Source: Acidimicrobiia bacterium (GTDB lineage: Bacteria > Actinomycetota > Acidimicrobiia > Spongiisociales > UBA11373). Taken from it: a stretch of 64,000 bases of DNA. A program made the position numbers and the translations under genes. Positions 9,753-17,287 of the stretch are shown here, in pieces. Location: positions 4,099 through 68,098 of the forward strand of contig JAFGCH010000071.1 in NCBI GenBank assembly GCA_016932695.1, written 5' to 3'. The first letter of the stretch is position 1. Each line of letters opens with the position of its first letter. Below the pieces are notes generated by a model, which searched no databases, was not told the DNA's origin, and saw nothing but the letters and a program-made list of their open reading frames with translations.

Positions 9753-11198
9753 CTACTTCTCGCAGTCCTGCTCGTTCTCCGCCTTGCAGGTGTCGGTCCC
9801 CGCTCCTCCCTTGGTGGTGTCGATCTGCTGGCCGCCGATGAGGGTGTCGTTCCCGGTGCCCCCGATGAGCACGTCGTTGGCCCGCCCGCCGCAGACGAAG
9901 TCGCCGCCGCCCTTGCCTTCGTAGCGGTCCCGGCGGCCGAAGAGGTATACCACGTCGCTCCCCGCCGTCCCGGTGAGCCGGTCGGGGCCGTCGGTGCCGC
10001 GAACATTGATCGTTCGCCCGGCGCACATCTGATAGACGTAGAGGCGGGCCGGGATGCCGAACGCGCCGAACTTGAGCGGGGCCCCGGCCACCGCCCGTTC
10101 CTCGGCGAGAGCCACCGCTCCGCCGAAGTACTCGGTGTCGTCGCCGATGAGGTCGGTGCCCACGATGCGCTCCCAGCGCCACTTGCCGGCGGCCCGCTCA
10201 CCCAGATACACGGCCCCCGGCGGATCGGCGATCAGCACCCGCCCCCCAGCCGCCGCCAGATCGCTGCCGAAGGCCCCGGTCGGCGCGGGGGAGGGCGTTT
10301 TCCTCTCGAGGTACGCCCAGGTGGACCCGGACTTCCTCAGCACGAACAAGTCGTCTCCCGACGCTCCCACATAGATGAGGTCGCGGTCTATGGCCACCGC
10401 CCGGCCGAATACCTGTAAGGGGCTGTATCCGTCGGGGGAGAGGATCTTCTTGGAGGCCCAGGTGGTGCTGCCCTTGGTGAAGATCACCACCGCATTCGCC
10501 CCGGTGGCGCCGGCGACCACGGTGTCCCCCTGCACGGCGACGTCGGCTCCGAGGAACCCGTTGAGGGTCGGCTCGGCGTGGGTCAGGGTGGCGGTGTGGG
10601 ACCACACGCCGCCGGCGCGCTCGAATACGTACACCGCTCCGTCGAGGCTCCCGGCCTCATCGTCGGCGACCACCAGACGGTCGCCGTCTATGTCGACCCG
10701 GTAGCCGAAGTGGCTGGTGGCCCCGGCGGGGGCAGCCAGGATGGTCTCCTGCCACACCGCCCCGGCTTTGGTGTAGACGTACGCCTTCCCCCGGTTCCAG
10801 GTGCCCACCACCACCGTGGTGCCCGAGACCGCCACGCTTGTGCCGAAGAAGAGGAGCGGCGAGCCGTCGGAGGGGCTGAGGGTCGCCTCGGGCAGGCACC
10901 CCGCCGCCCGGCCGCAGCGGAACAGGTAGACCCGGCCGATCTTGTCCGTGTTGGTGCCCAGGCCCGGCTGGGGACCGTAACCGGGGGCTCCGGCTGCAAC
11001 CAAGATGCCGTCGGCGTCCACGGTGGCCAGGTCACCGAAGTCGGCGTAGTAGTCACCGTGGACCGTGTCGGCTTCGGGATTGTCGATACGGTCCTCCGCC
11101 GCAGCGGACACCGCCCGCCCGGGTGGGGCTCCCGCCGCCGGGGCTCCGGCCAGAGCCAGGAGAGCAAACAGGACCGCGACGGTTACGGCGCGCCGCAT
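9753..11198 (-). CDS. secreted FG-GAP (integrin-alpha-like beta-propeller) repeat protein with C-terminal RTX-type Ca-binding GGxGxD repeats
   Basis: It has a signal peptide (MRRAVTVAVLFALLALAGAPAAGA) and repeated FGxxVAxxGDxxVVGA / YVF motifs. The C-terminus carries GGTGNDTLIGG and GGAGTD. It is 481 aa. Confidence 0.7.
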   Translation of the reverse strand: MRRAVTVAVLFALLALAGAPAAGAPPGRAVSAAAEDRIDNPEADTVHGDYYADFGDLATVDADGILVAAGAPGYGPQPGLGTNTDKIGRVYLFRCGRAAGCLPEATLSPSDGSPLLFFGTSVAVSGTTVVVGTWNRGKAYVYTKAGAVWQETILAAPAGATSHFGYRVDIDGDRLVVADDEAGSLDGAVYVFERAGGVWSHTATLTHAEPTLNGFLGADVAVQGDTVVAGATGANAVVIFTKGSTTWASKKILSPDGYSPLQVFGRAVAIDRDLIYVGASGDDLFVLRKSGSTWAYLERKTPSPAPTGAFGSDLAAAGGRVLIADPPGAVYLGERAAGKWRWERIVGTDLIGDDTEYFGGAVALAEERAVAGAPLKFGAFGIPARLYVYQMCAGRTINVRGTDGPDRLTGTAGSDVVYLFGRRDRYEGKGGGDFVCGGRANDVLIGGTGNDTLIGGQQIDTTKGGAGTDTCKAENEQDCEK

Positions 11199-11230
11199 AG
11201 GCGTCTCCTTGGTGAGCGTGGCTGCAGAGG

Positions 11231-12217
11231 CTAGTCGCCGCTCTCGGTCGCCCGGTGCGGGGCGCCGGCGGGGTTTCGGCGTCGGGGCCGGCAGGTGTAG
11301 AAGGTGTGGCCTTCGTGCTGCTTCGCTACCAGCAGGCCGCCGGCCAGGAGGTTCTCCACGACCTCCCAGGTGGCGCCTTTGCGCTGCAGGAGGTCGCGAA
11401 CCGCTTCCTCACGCATGGGGTGCACGGCGCAGATACCGACCAAATCCCGGCCCACATCGCCGGAGGAGGCAAAGGCTCCTTCCTCGGGAGTGAACAGGTA
11501 GAAGACCTGGGGGAGCCGCTCCTCGAAGATGCTCCTTGCCTCGGCCACGGCGGCGGCGCCGGGGGCGGTGACCCCGGGCAGGGCGGTGGGGCGCAGGGGC
11601 AGCGCCAGGTGAGCCTCGGCCACCTGCGCTTCCATCAGGAAGTCGGCGGTAGCCTCGATCCGGGCCGGGTCGTCGTTGTACCCGGCGACCAGCATGGTCT
11701 CCGAGGCCAGGGTGCCGCGGAAGCGGGCGGCGAAGCGGCGGATCCCGTCGAGGATCTCGGGGAGGCGCAGAGCGGGGTGGGGACGGTTGAGGCGGCGCCA
11801 GGCGGCCTCGTCCACGGTGTCGACCTTCAGGGAGACCCAGTCGGCCGTCTCCAGGGCGGCGGATACTTCGGGCCGCCACACCAGCGAGGCGTTGCTGATG
11901 ACGGCGATGGGGATACCCAGGGGGCGGAGCCGGGCGATGGCCTCACCGAGGTTGGTGTCCAGCGTCGGCTCGCCGTCGGGAACGAACGTGAGGTAATCGA
12001 TGGCTTCCCCGGCGGCGGTGATCGCCGCCACCCTCTCGGCCACTCGCTCCACCACCTCAGTGGCCGGATAGAAGGCCCGGGGCTCCAGGGAGCGGTCCGT
12101 GGTGGCCCCCACTTGGCAGTAGACGCAGGCGTAGGTGCACACCTTGGGGGGGATGTTGTTGATCCCCAGGCTGCGCCCCAGCCGGCGGGAGGGCACCGGG
12201 CCGAAAGCGATCTCCAT
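11231..12217 (-). CDS. radical SAM domain protein
   Basis: MEIAFGPVPSRRLGRSLGINNIPPKVCTYACVYCQ contains the CxxxCxxC motif 27 aa from the ATG at 12217. The protein is about 328 aa with no C-terminal SPASM Cys cluster. The N-terminal 71 aa of the listed ORF are probably not translated. Confidence 0.8.
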   Translation of the reverse strand: MEIAFGPVPSRRLGRSLGINNIPPKVCTYACVYCQVGATTDRSLEPRAFYPATEVVERVAERVAAITAAGEAIDYLTFVPDGEPTLDTNLGEAIARLRPLGIPIAVISNASLVWRPEVSAALETADWVSLKVDTVDEAAWRRLNRPHPALRLPEILDGIRRFAARFRGTLASETMLVAGYNDDPARIEATADFLMEAQVAEAHLALPLRPTALPGVTAPGAAAVAEARSIFEERLPQVFYLFTPEEGAFASSGDVGRDLVGICAVHPMREEAVRDLLQRKGATWEVVENLLAGGLLVAKQHEGHTFYTCRPRRRNPAGAPHRATESGD

Positions 12218-12253
12218 GTCGTCTCCTCGGTAGCGGGCCGCCGCCCTCAGTAT

Positions 12254-12269
12254 CGTCCCCGGGGGGACG
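12254..12269. promoter_or_regulatory. inverted repeat CGTCCCC-GG-GGGGACG in the divergent promoter region between the radical SAM and NifX-like genes
   Basis: I read this 7-bp perfect inverted repeat with a 2-bp spacer directly. It is the only obvious symmetric element in the 175-bp intergenic region. Confidence 0.25.
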
Positions 12270-12392
12270 AGCGGCGGCGGCTTCCCGCCGTTGCCCGGAC
12301 GCGGGGGACGAGTTGAGGCCCGGGCGCCCGGCGCTACCCTCCCGCCCGGGCCGCCCGGCGCGGCCCGCCGACCCCTAAAAGGAGACCTCCGG

Positions 12393-12797
12393 ATGAAGAT
12401 CGCCGCCGTGTCGGAAAACGGCCGCACCATCGCCCAGCACTTCGGCCGGGCTCCCTACTACGTGGTGGTCACGGTAGAGGAGGGTGTGATCGTCCTGCAG
12501 GAGACGCGGGCCAAGGTCGGCCACAACGATTTCGCCGGGGGCACCGATCCCGGCCCGGGGGCCAAGCACCGCGCCATGGCAGACACCATCGGAGACTGTG
12601 CCGCCCTGCTCGCCGGCGGCATGGGGAGCGGAGCCTTCGCCGCCCTGCAGGCAGCCGGCATCGAACCGGTTCTCACCGACGAACGCGACATCGAGGCGGC
12701 CGCGGTGCGCTACGCCCGGGGCGAGCTGCCGAACCTGGCGGCCCGCCTCCATCAAGGCCGGGGGGAGCGCCACCACCGGCACGAGCATGACGACTGA
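12393..12797 (+). CDS. dinitrogenase FeMo-cofactor-binding domain protein (NifX/NafY/NifB-C-terminal-like, PF02579-type)
   Basis: MKIAAVSENGRTIAQHFGRAPYYVVVTVEEG...CAALLAGGMGSGAFAALQAAGIEPV is the typical fold signature. ATG at 12393 is preceded by AAAAGGAGA. Confidence 0.75.
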   Translation: MKIAAVSENGRTIAQHFGRAPYYVVVTVEEGVIVLQETRAKVGHNDFAGGTDPGPGAKHRAMADTIGDCAALLAGGMGSGAFAALQAAGIEPVLTDERDIEAAAVRYARGELPNLAARLHQGRGERHHRHEHDD

Positions 12798-13308
12798 GGT
12801 CCCCCGAGGCTCTGCGGGAGTCCCTCCGCGTCCGTTCTGCTTCATCGGGGTGGTCCACAGCCCCTTCCTCACCCCTAGTGGGACTCCGGCGCAGCCCGCG
12901 TATGCGGGGCCCGATGCCGTCGGCACCGTGGAGGTCTTCGAGGAGTACGCCGCCGGCTTGGAAGACCTCGACGGCTTTGAGCGCATCTGGGTGGTGTCTT
13001 GGTTCCATCGGGCGGGGGCGGCCCGCCTGCGGGTGATCCCTTACCTGGATTACGAGGAGCGGGGCCTGTTCTCCACGCGGGCACCGGCTCGCCCCAATCC
13101 GATCGGCATCTCCGCGGTGCGGCTGCTGCGACGCGAGGGGCGGCGGCTGCATGTGGCCGACCTCGACCTCATCGACGGCACCCCCGTCCTCGATCTGAAA
13201 CCCTATGCCGCCGCCTTCGACTCGTACCCGGGGAGCGGCGAGGGTTGGCTCCGAGGCCGCAAAGACGCCGATGGCCGAGGTGACGATCGATTCACCGCCG
13301 GCCCGTGA
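12787..13308 (+). CDS. TsaA/YaeB-like SAM-binding protein (tRNA m6t6A37 methyltransferase family)
   Basis: FCFIGVVHSPF...ERIWVVSWFH...FSTRAPARPNPIGISAVRLL...LDLIDGTPVLDLKPY are the family motifs. The ATG at 12787 overlaps the 3' end of the NifX-like gene by 11 nt. Confidence 0.8.
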   Translation: MTTEVPRGSAGVPPRPFCFIGVVHSPFLTPSGTPAQPAYAGPDAVGTVEVFEEYAAGLEDLDGFERIWVVSWFHRAGAARLRVIPYLDYEERGLFSTRAPARPNPIGISAVRLLRREGRRLHVADLDLIDGTPVLDLKPYAAAFDSYPGSGEGWLRGRKDADGRGDDRFTAGP

Positions 13309-13376
13309 GCGCCCCCGGCTTCCTTGGGGCCGACTGATCGGCCAGAATCACGGCCAGCAACTCCGGAGGTAGCAGC

Positions 13377-13877
13377 ATGCGGGTGTTGGTCGTCGCGGCG
13401 AGCAAGCACGGGTCTACTGCCGAGATCGCTACGGCCCTGGGAGAGGCCCTGGCGCGGCGGGGGCTCAGTACCACCGTGGCCGACGCGCGGGACGTAGCGG
13501 ATATCGAGGAGTACGACGCCGTCGTGCTGGGGAGCGCCGTCTATGCCGGCCGGTGGCAGAAGGCTGCGCGGGAATTGGCCGAGACCCACGGCGAGTTCCT
13601 TCGGTCCCGGCCGGTGTGGCTCTTCTCCAGCGGGCCGGTGGGCGATCCGCCCAAGCCCGAGGAAGACCCTGTAGACGTGGCGCAGATCACCACCATCGTC
13701 GGTTCCCGCGGCCACCGGGTGTTCGCCGGGAGGCTCGACAAGAGTCGGCTGAGCCTGGCAGAGCGGGCGATCGTGCGCTCTCTCAAGGTTCCCGAGGGGG
13801 ACTGGCGCAACTGGGATGAGATCGCCGCCTGGGCGGGGGAGATCGCCGACGCGTTGGCAGGAGGCGCCGCCGGCTGA
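13377..13877 (+). CDS. flavodoxin-like protein
   Basis: MRVLVVAASKHGSTAEIATALGEAL...YDAVVLGSAVYAGRW is the flavodoxin / HemG-like FMN-binding fold. It is 166 aa. Confidence 0.75.
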   Translation: MRVLVVAASKHGSTAEIATALGEALARRGLSTTVADARDVADIEEYDAVVLGSAVYAGRWQKAARELAETHGEFLRSRPVWLFSSGPVGDPPKPEEDPVDVAQITTIVGSRGHRVFAGRLDKSRLSLAERAIVRSLKVPEGDWRNWDEIAAWAGEIADALAGGAAG

Positions 13878-13901
13878 CTCGGGGCTCGCTCTACCCCGGG
13901 C

Positions 13902-14018
13902 TCAGCGGCCCCGGCGACGCTGCACGGCCCGCCCCGCGCCGGTACCGGCGGCCAGGACGCCCAGGCCCAGGGAGAGGAAGAGGGTCAGGCTGATCAGGAT
14001 GCTGGTGAGGGTGGTCAC
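13902..14018 (-). CDS. candidate small membrane protein (38 aa, GTG start)
   Basis: (GTG)TTLTSILISLTLFLSLGLGVLAAGTGAGRAVQRRRGR is a single hydrophobic helix with a basic tail. The third-codon positions are G/C in 35 of 37 codons, a strong coding signature in this genome. The SD spacing is poor. Confidence 0.3.
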   Translation of the reverse strand: MTTLTSILISLTLFLSLGLGVLAAGTGAGRAVQRRRGR

Positions 14019-14160
14019 GCCCCTGTGACGCCCCGCTGCCTTCGGCCGGTTCCCCGCGCCGGCTGGTGCCCCGCCGGGTAGCCTCCCCCAACTTGGTCGG
14101 GGAGCCGGTAATCGGCTGCCGGCGGTGGAGCGAACCTGAGGAGCAGCCCTCAGACGGCAC

Positions 14161-14579
14161 ATGCTGGGCGCGAGAGAAGGGGTCGAAGCGGCCCCGGGCG
14201 AGGCCGGCGACTTGGCCGAGGCGACGGCCGACTACGTGCGCCGCCTGCGGGCGGAGACCTTCGGGCCCGCCATCGACAGCATGGGCCACCGCACTTTCGA
14301 CGAGGCCATCGCGTTGGCTGGCGCCACCGCATGCGGCCTGGGGCGTTGCTGCGCACCGACGCTGCCCGGCCGGCCGGGCGGCTCTTCGAGGCGGTGCGGG
14401 CGGGGACCGTGTGGGGCAACGGCCCCCTTACCGACAACTTCGCTGGTCCCTTCGGCGGCCTGAAGGCCGGCGGGAACGCCCGGGAACTGGGGGAAAGGAA
14501 CCGGGAGGGCTTCCTCGAATCCGAACACGTCCGTTGGGACTTCGAGGATGCCCCTAACGGCTGGTGGCACCCGTGCTGA
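14161..14579 (+). pseudogene. 3' remnant of an aldehyde dehydrogenase gene (frameshifted, lacking the first ~350 codons)
   Basis: Two overlapping frames carry the ALDH C-terminus. ORF 14161.. holds ETFGPAIDSMGHRTFDEAIALAG. ORF 14331..14579 holds RAGTVWGNGPLTDNFAGPFGGLKAGGNARELGERNREGFLE. A frame switch near 14340 joins them. No upstream ALDH sequence exists, because the flavodoxin gene ends at 13877. Confidence 0.6.
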
Positions 14580-15705
14580 GCCGGGCGCGGCCCGCGCGGC
14601 GGCGGGCGCCTTCGAGCATCAGGGCTCCGGCGAGCACAGCCGCGACGATCGCCAGGAAGGTCGGGGCCGCCACCCGAGCGCCGATGCCCCAGGCCAGGCC
14701 GGCAACCACTCCTGCAGCCACCGCCCTCTCGGCCGGCAGGTGCCGGGTGGGGCGCCTATGGGCGATGGAGAAGGCGATGAGGACTGCTCCGATGCCCCCG
14801 GCCACGGCGGTGAGGCCGAAAGGCTCCAGATGCTCCGCAGGATGCTGGACGGCCTCTTCGAGTCCGGCGGCAAAGGTCACGATGCCTGCGACCAGCGGGA
14901 AGTGGGCGAAGGTGAAGAGGTCCCGGGCGACATGCCCCAGGTCGTGCAGATCGCGAGCGGCACCCAGCGCCCCTTCGGCAACTGCCTGGAACCAGTCGAA
15001 GTAGGCCCACCACAGCGCGGCGATGAGGGCGACGGCCAGGCCCACAGTCAAGGCCTGGGTGCCGGCTAGGCCTATCCGTGCCGCAGTGACTCCGACCGCG
15101 ATGATCGACTTCCCCAGGGCGATGATCACGATGAGCCCGTGGCGCTCCGCAAAGTGATCCGGGGCCACCCGGAATTCACCCCGCCCGGCTGCCAGAGCAC
15201 TGGCCACGTCTATCGCGGCAGCCGTCAGCTAGATCCAGGGACGGGCTTGCGGCGCGGCGAAACCCCCGGCGAGCACCACCGCCGGCGGCACGACTGCCAC
15301 CGGCAAGTAGGCGCGCAAGCCGGTGCAGTGATCGGGGTCGTGGCGCGGACCCAGACCGTACAGAGCTAGGCAGGCCAGGCGGACCAGGGCGTAGGGAACG
15401 GCGAACCAGGCTCCGGTGGCCCCGTAGGCCTCCGGGATGGCGGTTGCCACCAGGAGCGTCGCCGCGGTCGCCGCCAGGATCGCGGCTCGCCCACCGCGGC
15501 GGTTCAGGTCGATGGCGTTGCCGGCCCAGGTGTACTGGGACCAGGCCCACCAGACCAGCCACGCCATGAGCCCCGCCCGGCCCCAGCCTCCCAGGGTGTG
15601 ATCGGCCCGCAGCATGGCCGCCAGCTGGGTCACGGCGAATACGAAGACGAGGTCGAAGAAGAGCTCCAGGAAGGAGGCCCGCTTGGGGATTCCGCTCCCG
15701 CTCAC
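14554..15705 (-). pseudogene. LtrA (low temperature requirement A) family membrane protein interrupted by a single in-frame TAG at 15229..15231
   Basis: ORFs 15229..15705 (SFLELFFDLVFVFA, an LtrA signature) and 14554..15207 (FAERHGLIVIIALGKSI) are in the same frame. I translated the junction as ...QARPWI*LTAAAIDVASALAAG. Together they make about 383 aa, the normal LtrA length. Confidence 0.65.
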
Positions 15706-16331
15706 CGCCGGATCACCGCGAAGGCGAAGTCACGTCCCCAGCCCCGGCGGAAGGCGAGCCAGATCCACAGCGAGGCGAAGTTCTCGACGATGGCGACGGC
15801 TTCCGATCCCCCGAGGTCCGCTACTTCGAAGCCGAGGTCCGCGGCTAGGGCGGCTACCACCGACCGGCCCGCGTCGTCCCCGGCGATGGGGAGCACCGGA
15901 CGGGCGCTGCCGAAGCTGCCTCCTTCCAGGTGCTCGGCCCCGATGGTGTTGAACGCTTTGACCACTGCCGCGTCGGGGAACAGCGAAGCTACGAAGGCCC
16001 CTTGGGTGGTGAACGGGGCCGGCGGCGCGGTCGCCACTGCGTTGGTGGCGTCGACCACTACCACGCCGGGAAGAGGGCCGATTTCGGCGGCGGTGGCGGC
16101 GACGGCGGCAGCAGGAACGGCCAGCACGACCACGTGGGCGTCGCGACTCGCCCGGGCGCGAGAGGCCAGCGTGATGGCCGGCTGGGCGGCAACCGCAGCA
16201 CGGGCCGACTCGCCGTCGGGGCGGGCCGTCCCCAGACTGACTTCATGCCCCGCAGCGGCCAGGCCCCGCGCCAGAGCGGTGCCGACCCTCCCGGCTCCGA
16301 TGATTCCGATTCGCTTGACCGTAGCTGCCAT
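15702..16331 (-). CDS. npdG: NADPH-dependent F420 reductase
   Basis: MAATVKRIGIIGAGRVGTALARGLAAAGHEVSLGTARPD is the NpdG/Fno Rossmann N-terminus. It is 209 aa. Its stop overlaps the ltrA start (ATGA). Confidence 0.75.
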   Translation of the reverse strand: MAATVKRIGIIGAGRVGTALARGLAAAGHEVSLGTARPDGESARAAVAAQPAITLASRARASRDAHVVVLAVPAAAVAATAAEIGPLPGVVVVDATNAVATAPPAPFTTQGAFVASLFPDAAVVKAFNTIGAEHLEGGSFGSARPVLPIAGDDAGRSVVAALAADLGFEVADLGGSEAVAIVENFASLWIWLAFRRGWGRDFAFAVIRR

Positions 16332-16362
16332 GCGCTACCTCTTCGTCTGGTACCCCGAAGGG

Positions 16363-17127
16363 TCAGTCTGCCGTTACCAGCCCGTAGCCGGAGCCGAAGG
16401 TGGCCCGGATCACCCGGGCGCCCTCCGGGGAGTCGAGAGTGAGGGAGCGGGCGACTGCCGCCGGGGGGATCAGGGCGGTCCACTTGAGGTCCAACTCCAC
16501 GCCGTCTAGGTGCAGCGACCCGGCGCGGACCGACAGGATCCCGCCCTCGCCCTCCCCGAGCTCCCAGGAGAAGACCGCCCCCGCGTCCAGCGTGGTGTCG
16601 GTGAAGCGGCGGACGTCGCAGTGGACGGGGAGGGGAGAGCGGGGGCCGACCATCTCGCGGGTTGCCACGCCCGGGCCTTCCGGGTAGACGGGCATGTCCT
16701 CACGGCGCAGCACCTCGAAGCTGGTCTCTTCGGGTATGGGGTCGGTGGCGGCTACCAGGATGTAGATCTCGGCATCCACCTCCCCGTGGTTCCACTCCTG
16801 GTGGACCATGCCCCGCATGCCCTCGGTGAAGCGGGCCAAGGCGCCCTCGGGCACGTGCCCGGAGATGCCGTTGCGGGCATCGTCGTGGTCGAAGGTGCCG
16901 CGCTCGAGGTAGAAGAGGCGCTCGTGGTACCGGTGGGGGTGGTGGCCGATGCCGAGGCCGGCGGCGATGACCGAGTCGTGCACGGTGACCAGGGGGCCGC
17001 AGGCGCGGACGCGGGTGAACGGGCCGATCGATTCCACGGCGGCCAGGCCGGGTACGCCGAAGTCCTCGGGCCCGAGGATGGCGTGGTCCTCGGGGGCCAG
17101 CGCCACGACAGGGGGGTGGGGTTCCAT
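16363..17127 (-). CDS. pirin family protein (bicupin)
   Basis: HPHRYHERLFYLERGTFDHDDARNG is a cupin His motif. ATG at 17127 (MEPHPPVV) gives about 254 aa. Confidence 0.8.
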   Translation of the reverse strand: MEPHPPVVALAPEDHAILGPEDFGVPGLAAVESIGPFTRVRACGPLVTVHDSVIAAGLGIGHHPHRYHERLFYLERGTFDHDDARNGISGHVPEGALARFTEGMRGMVHQEWNHGEVDAEIYILVAATDPIPEETSFEVLRREDMPVYPEGPGVATREMVGPRSPLPVHCDVRRFTDTTLDAGAVFSWELGEGEGGILSVRAGSLHLDGVELDLKWTALIPPAAVARSLTLDSPEGARVIRATFGSGYGLVTAD

Positions 17128-17287
17128 CGCAGGGCGGCACCGTAGGCCGTCCCGTGGCCTACCCAAGGGGCCTCCCGGCAGAAACAAGTGTTACCGCCGC
17201 GGAAAAGGGAGGGAAACGCCCCGGGGCGTACGTTCGCAGTTGCCCCGGGGGATTCCCGGGGGCCGACTGTGAGAGTGGAGGCACACG

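Noticed and set aside
11231-12217. Radical SAM as a wyosine TYW1/Taw1-type enzyme (prompted by the nearby separate flavodoxin and a tRNA-methyltransferase-like TsaA gene)
   Set aside because: There is no N-terminal auxiliary-cluster cysteine triad. Only the CxxxCxxC motif is present, 27 aa from the start. Wyosine is also not known in bacteria, so I kept the call generic.
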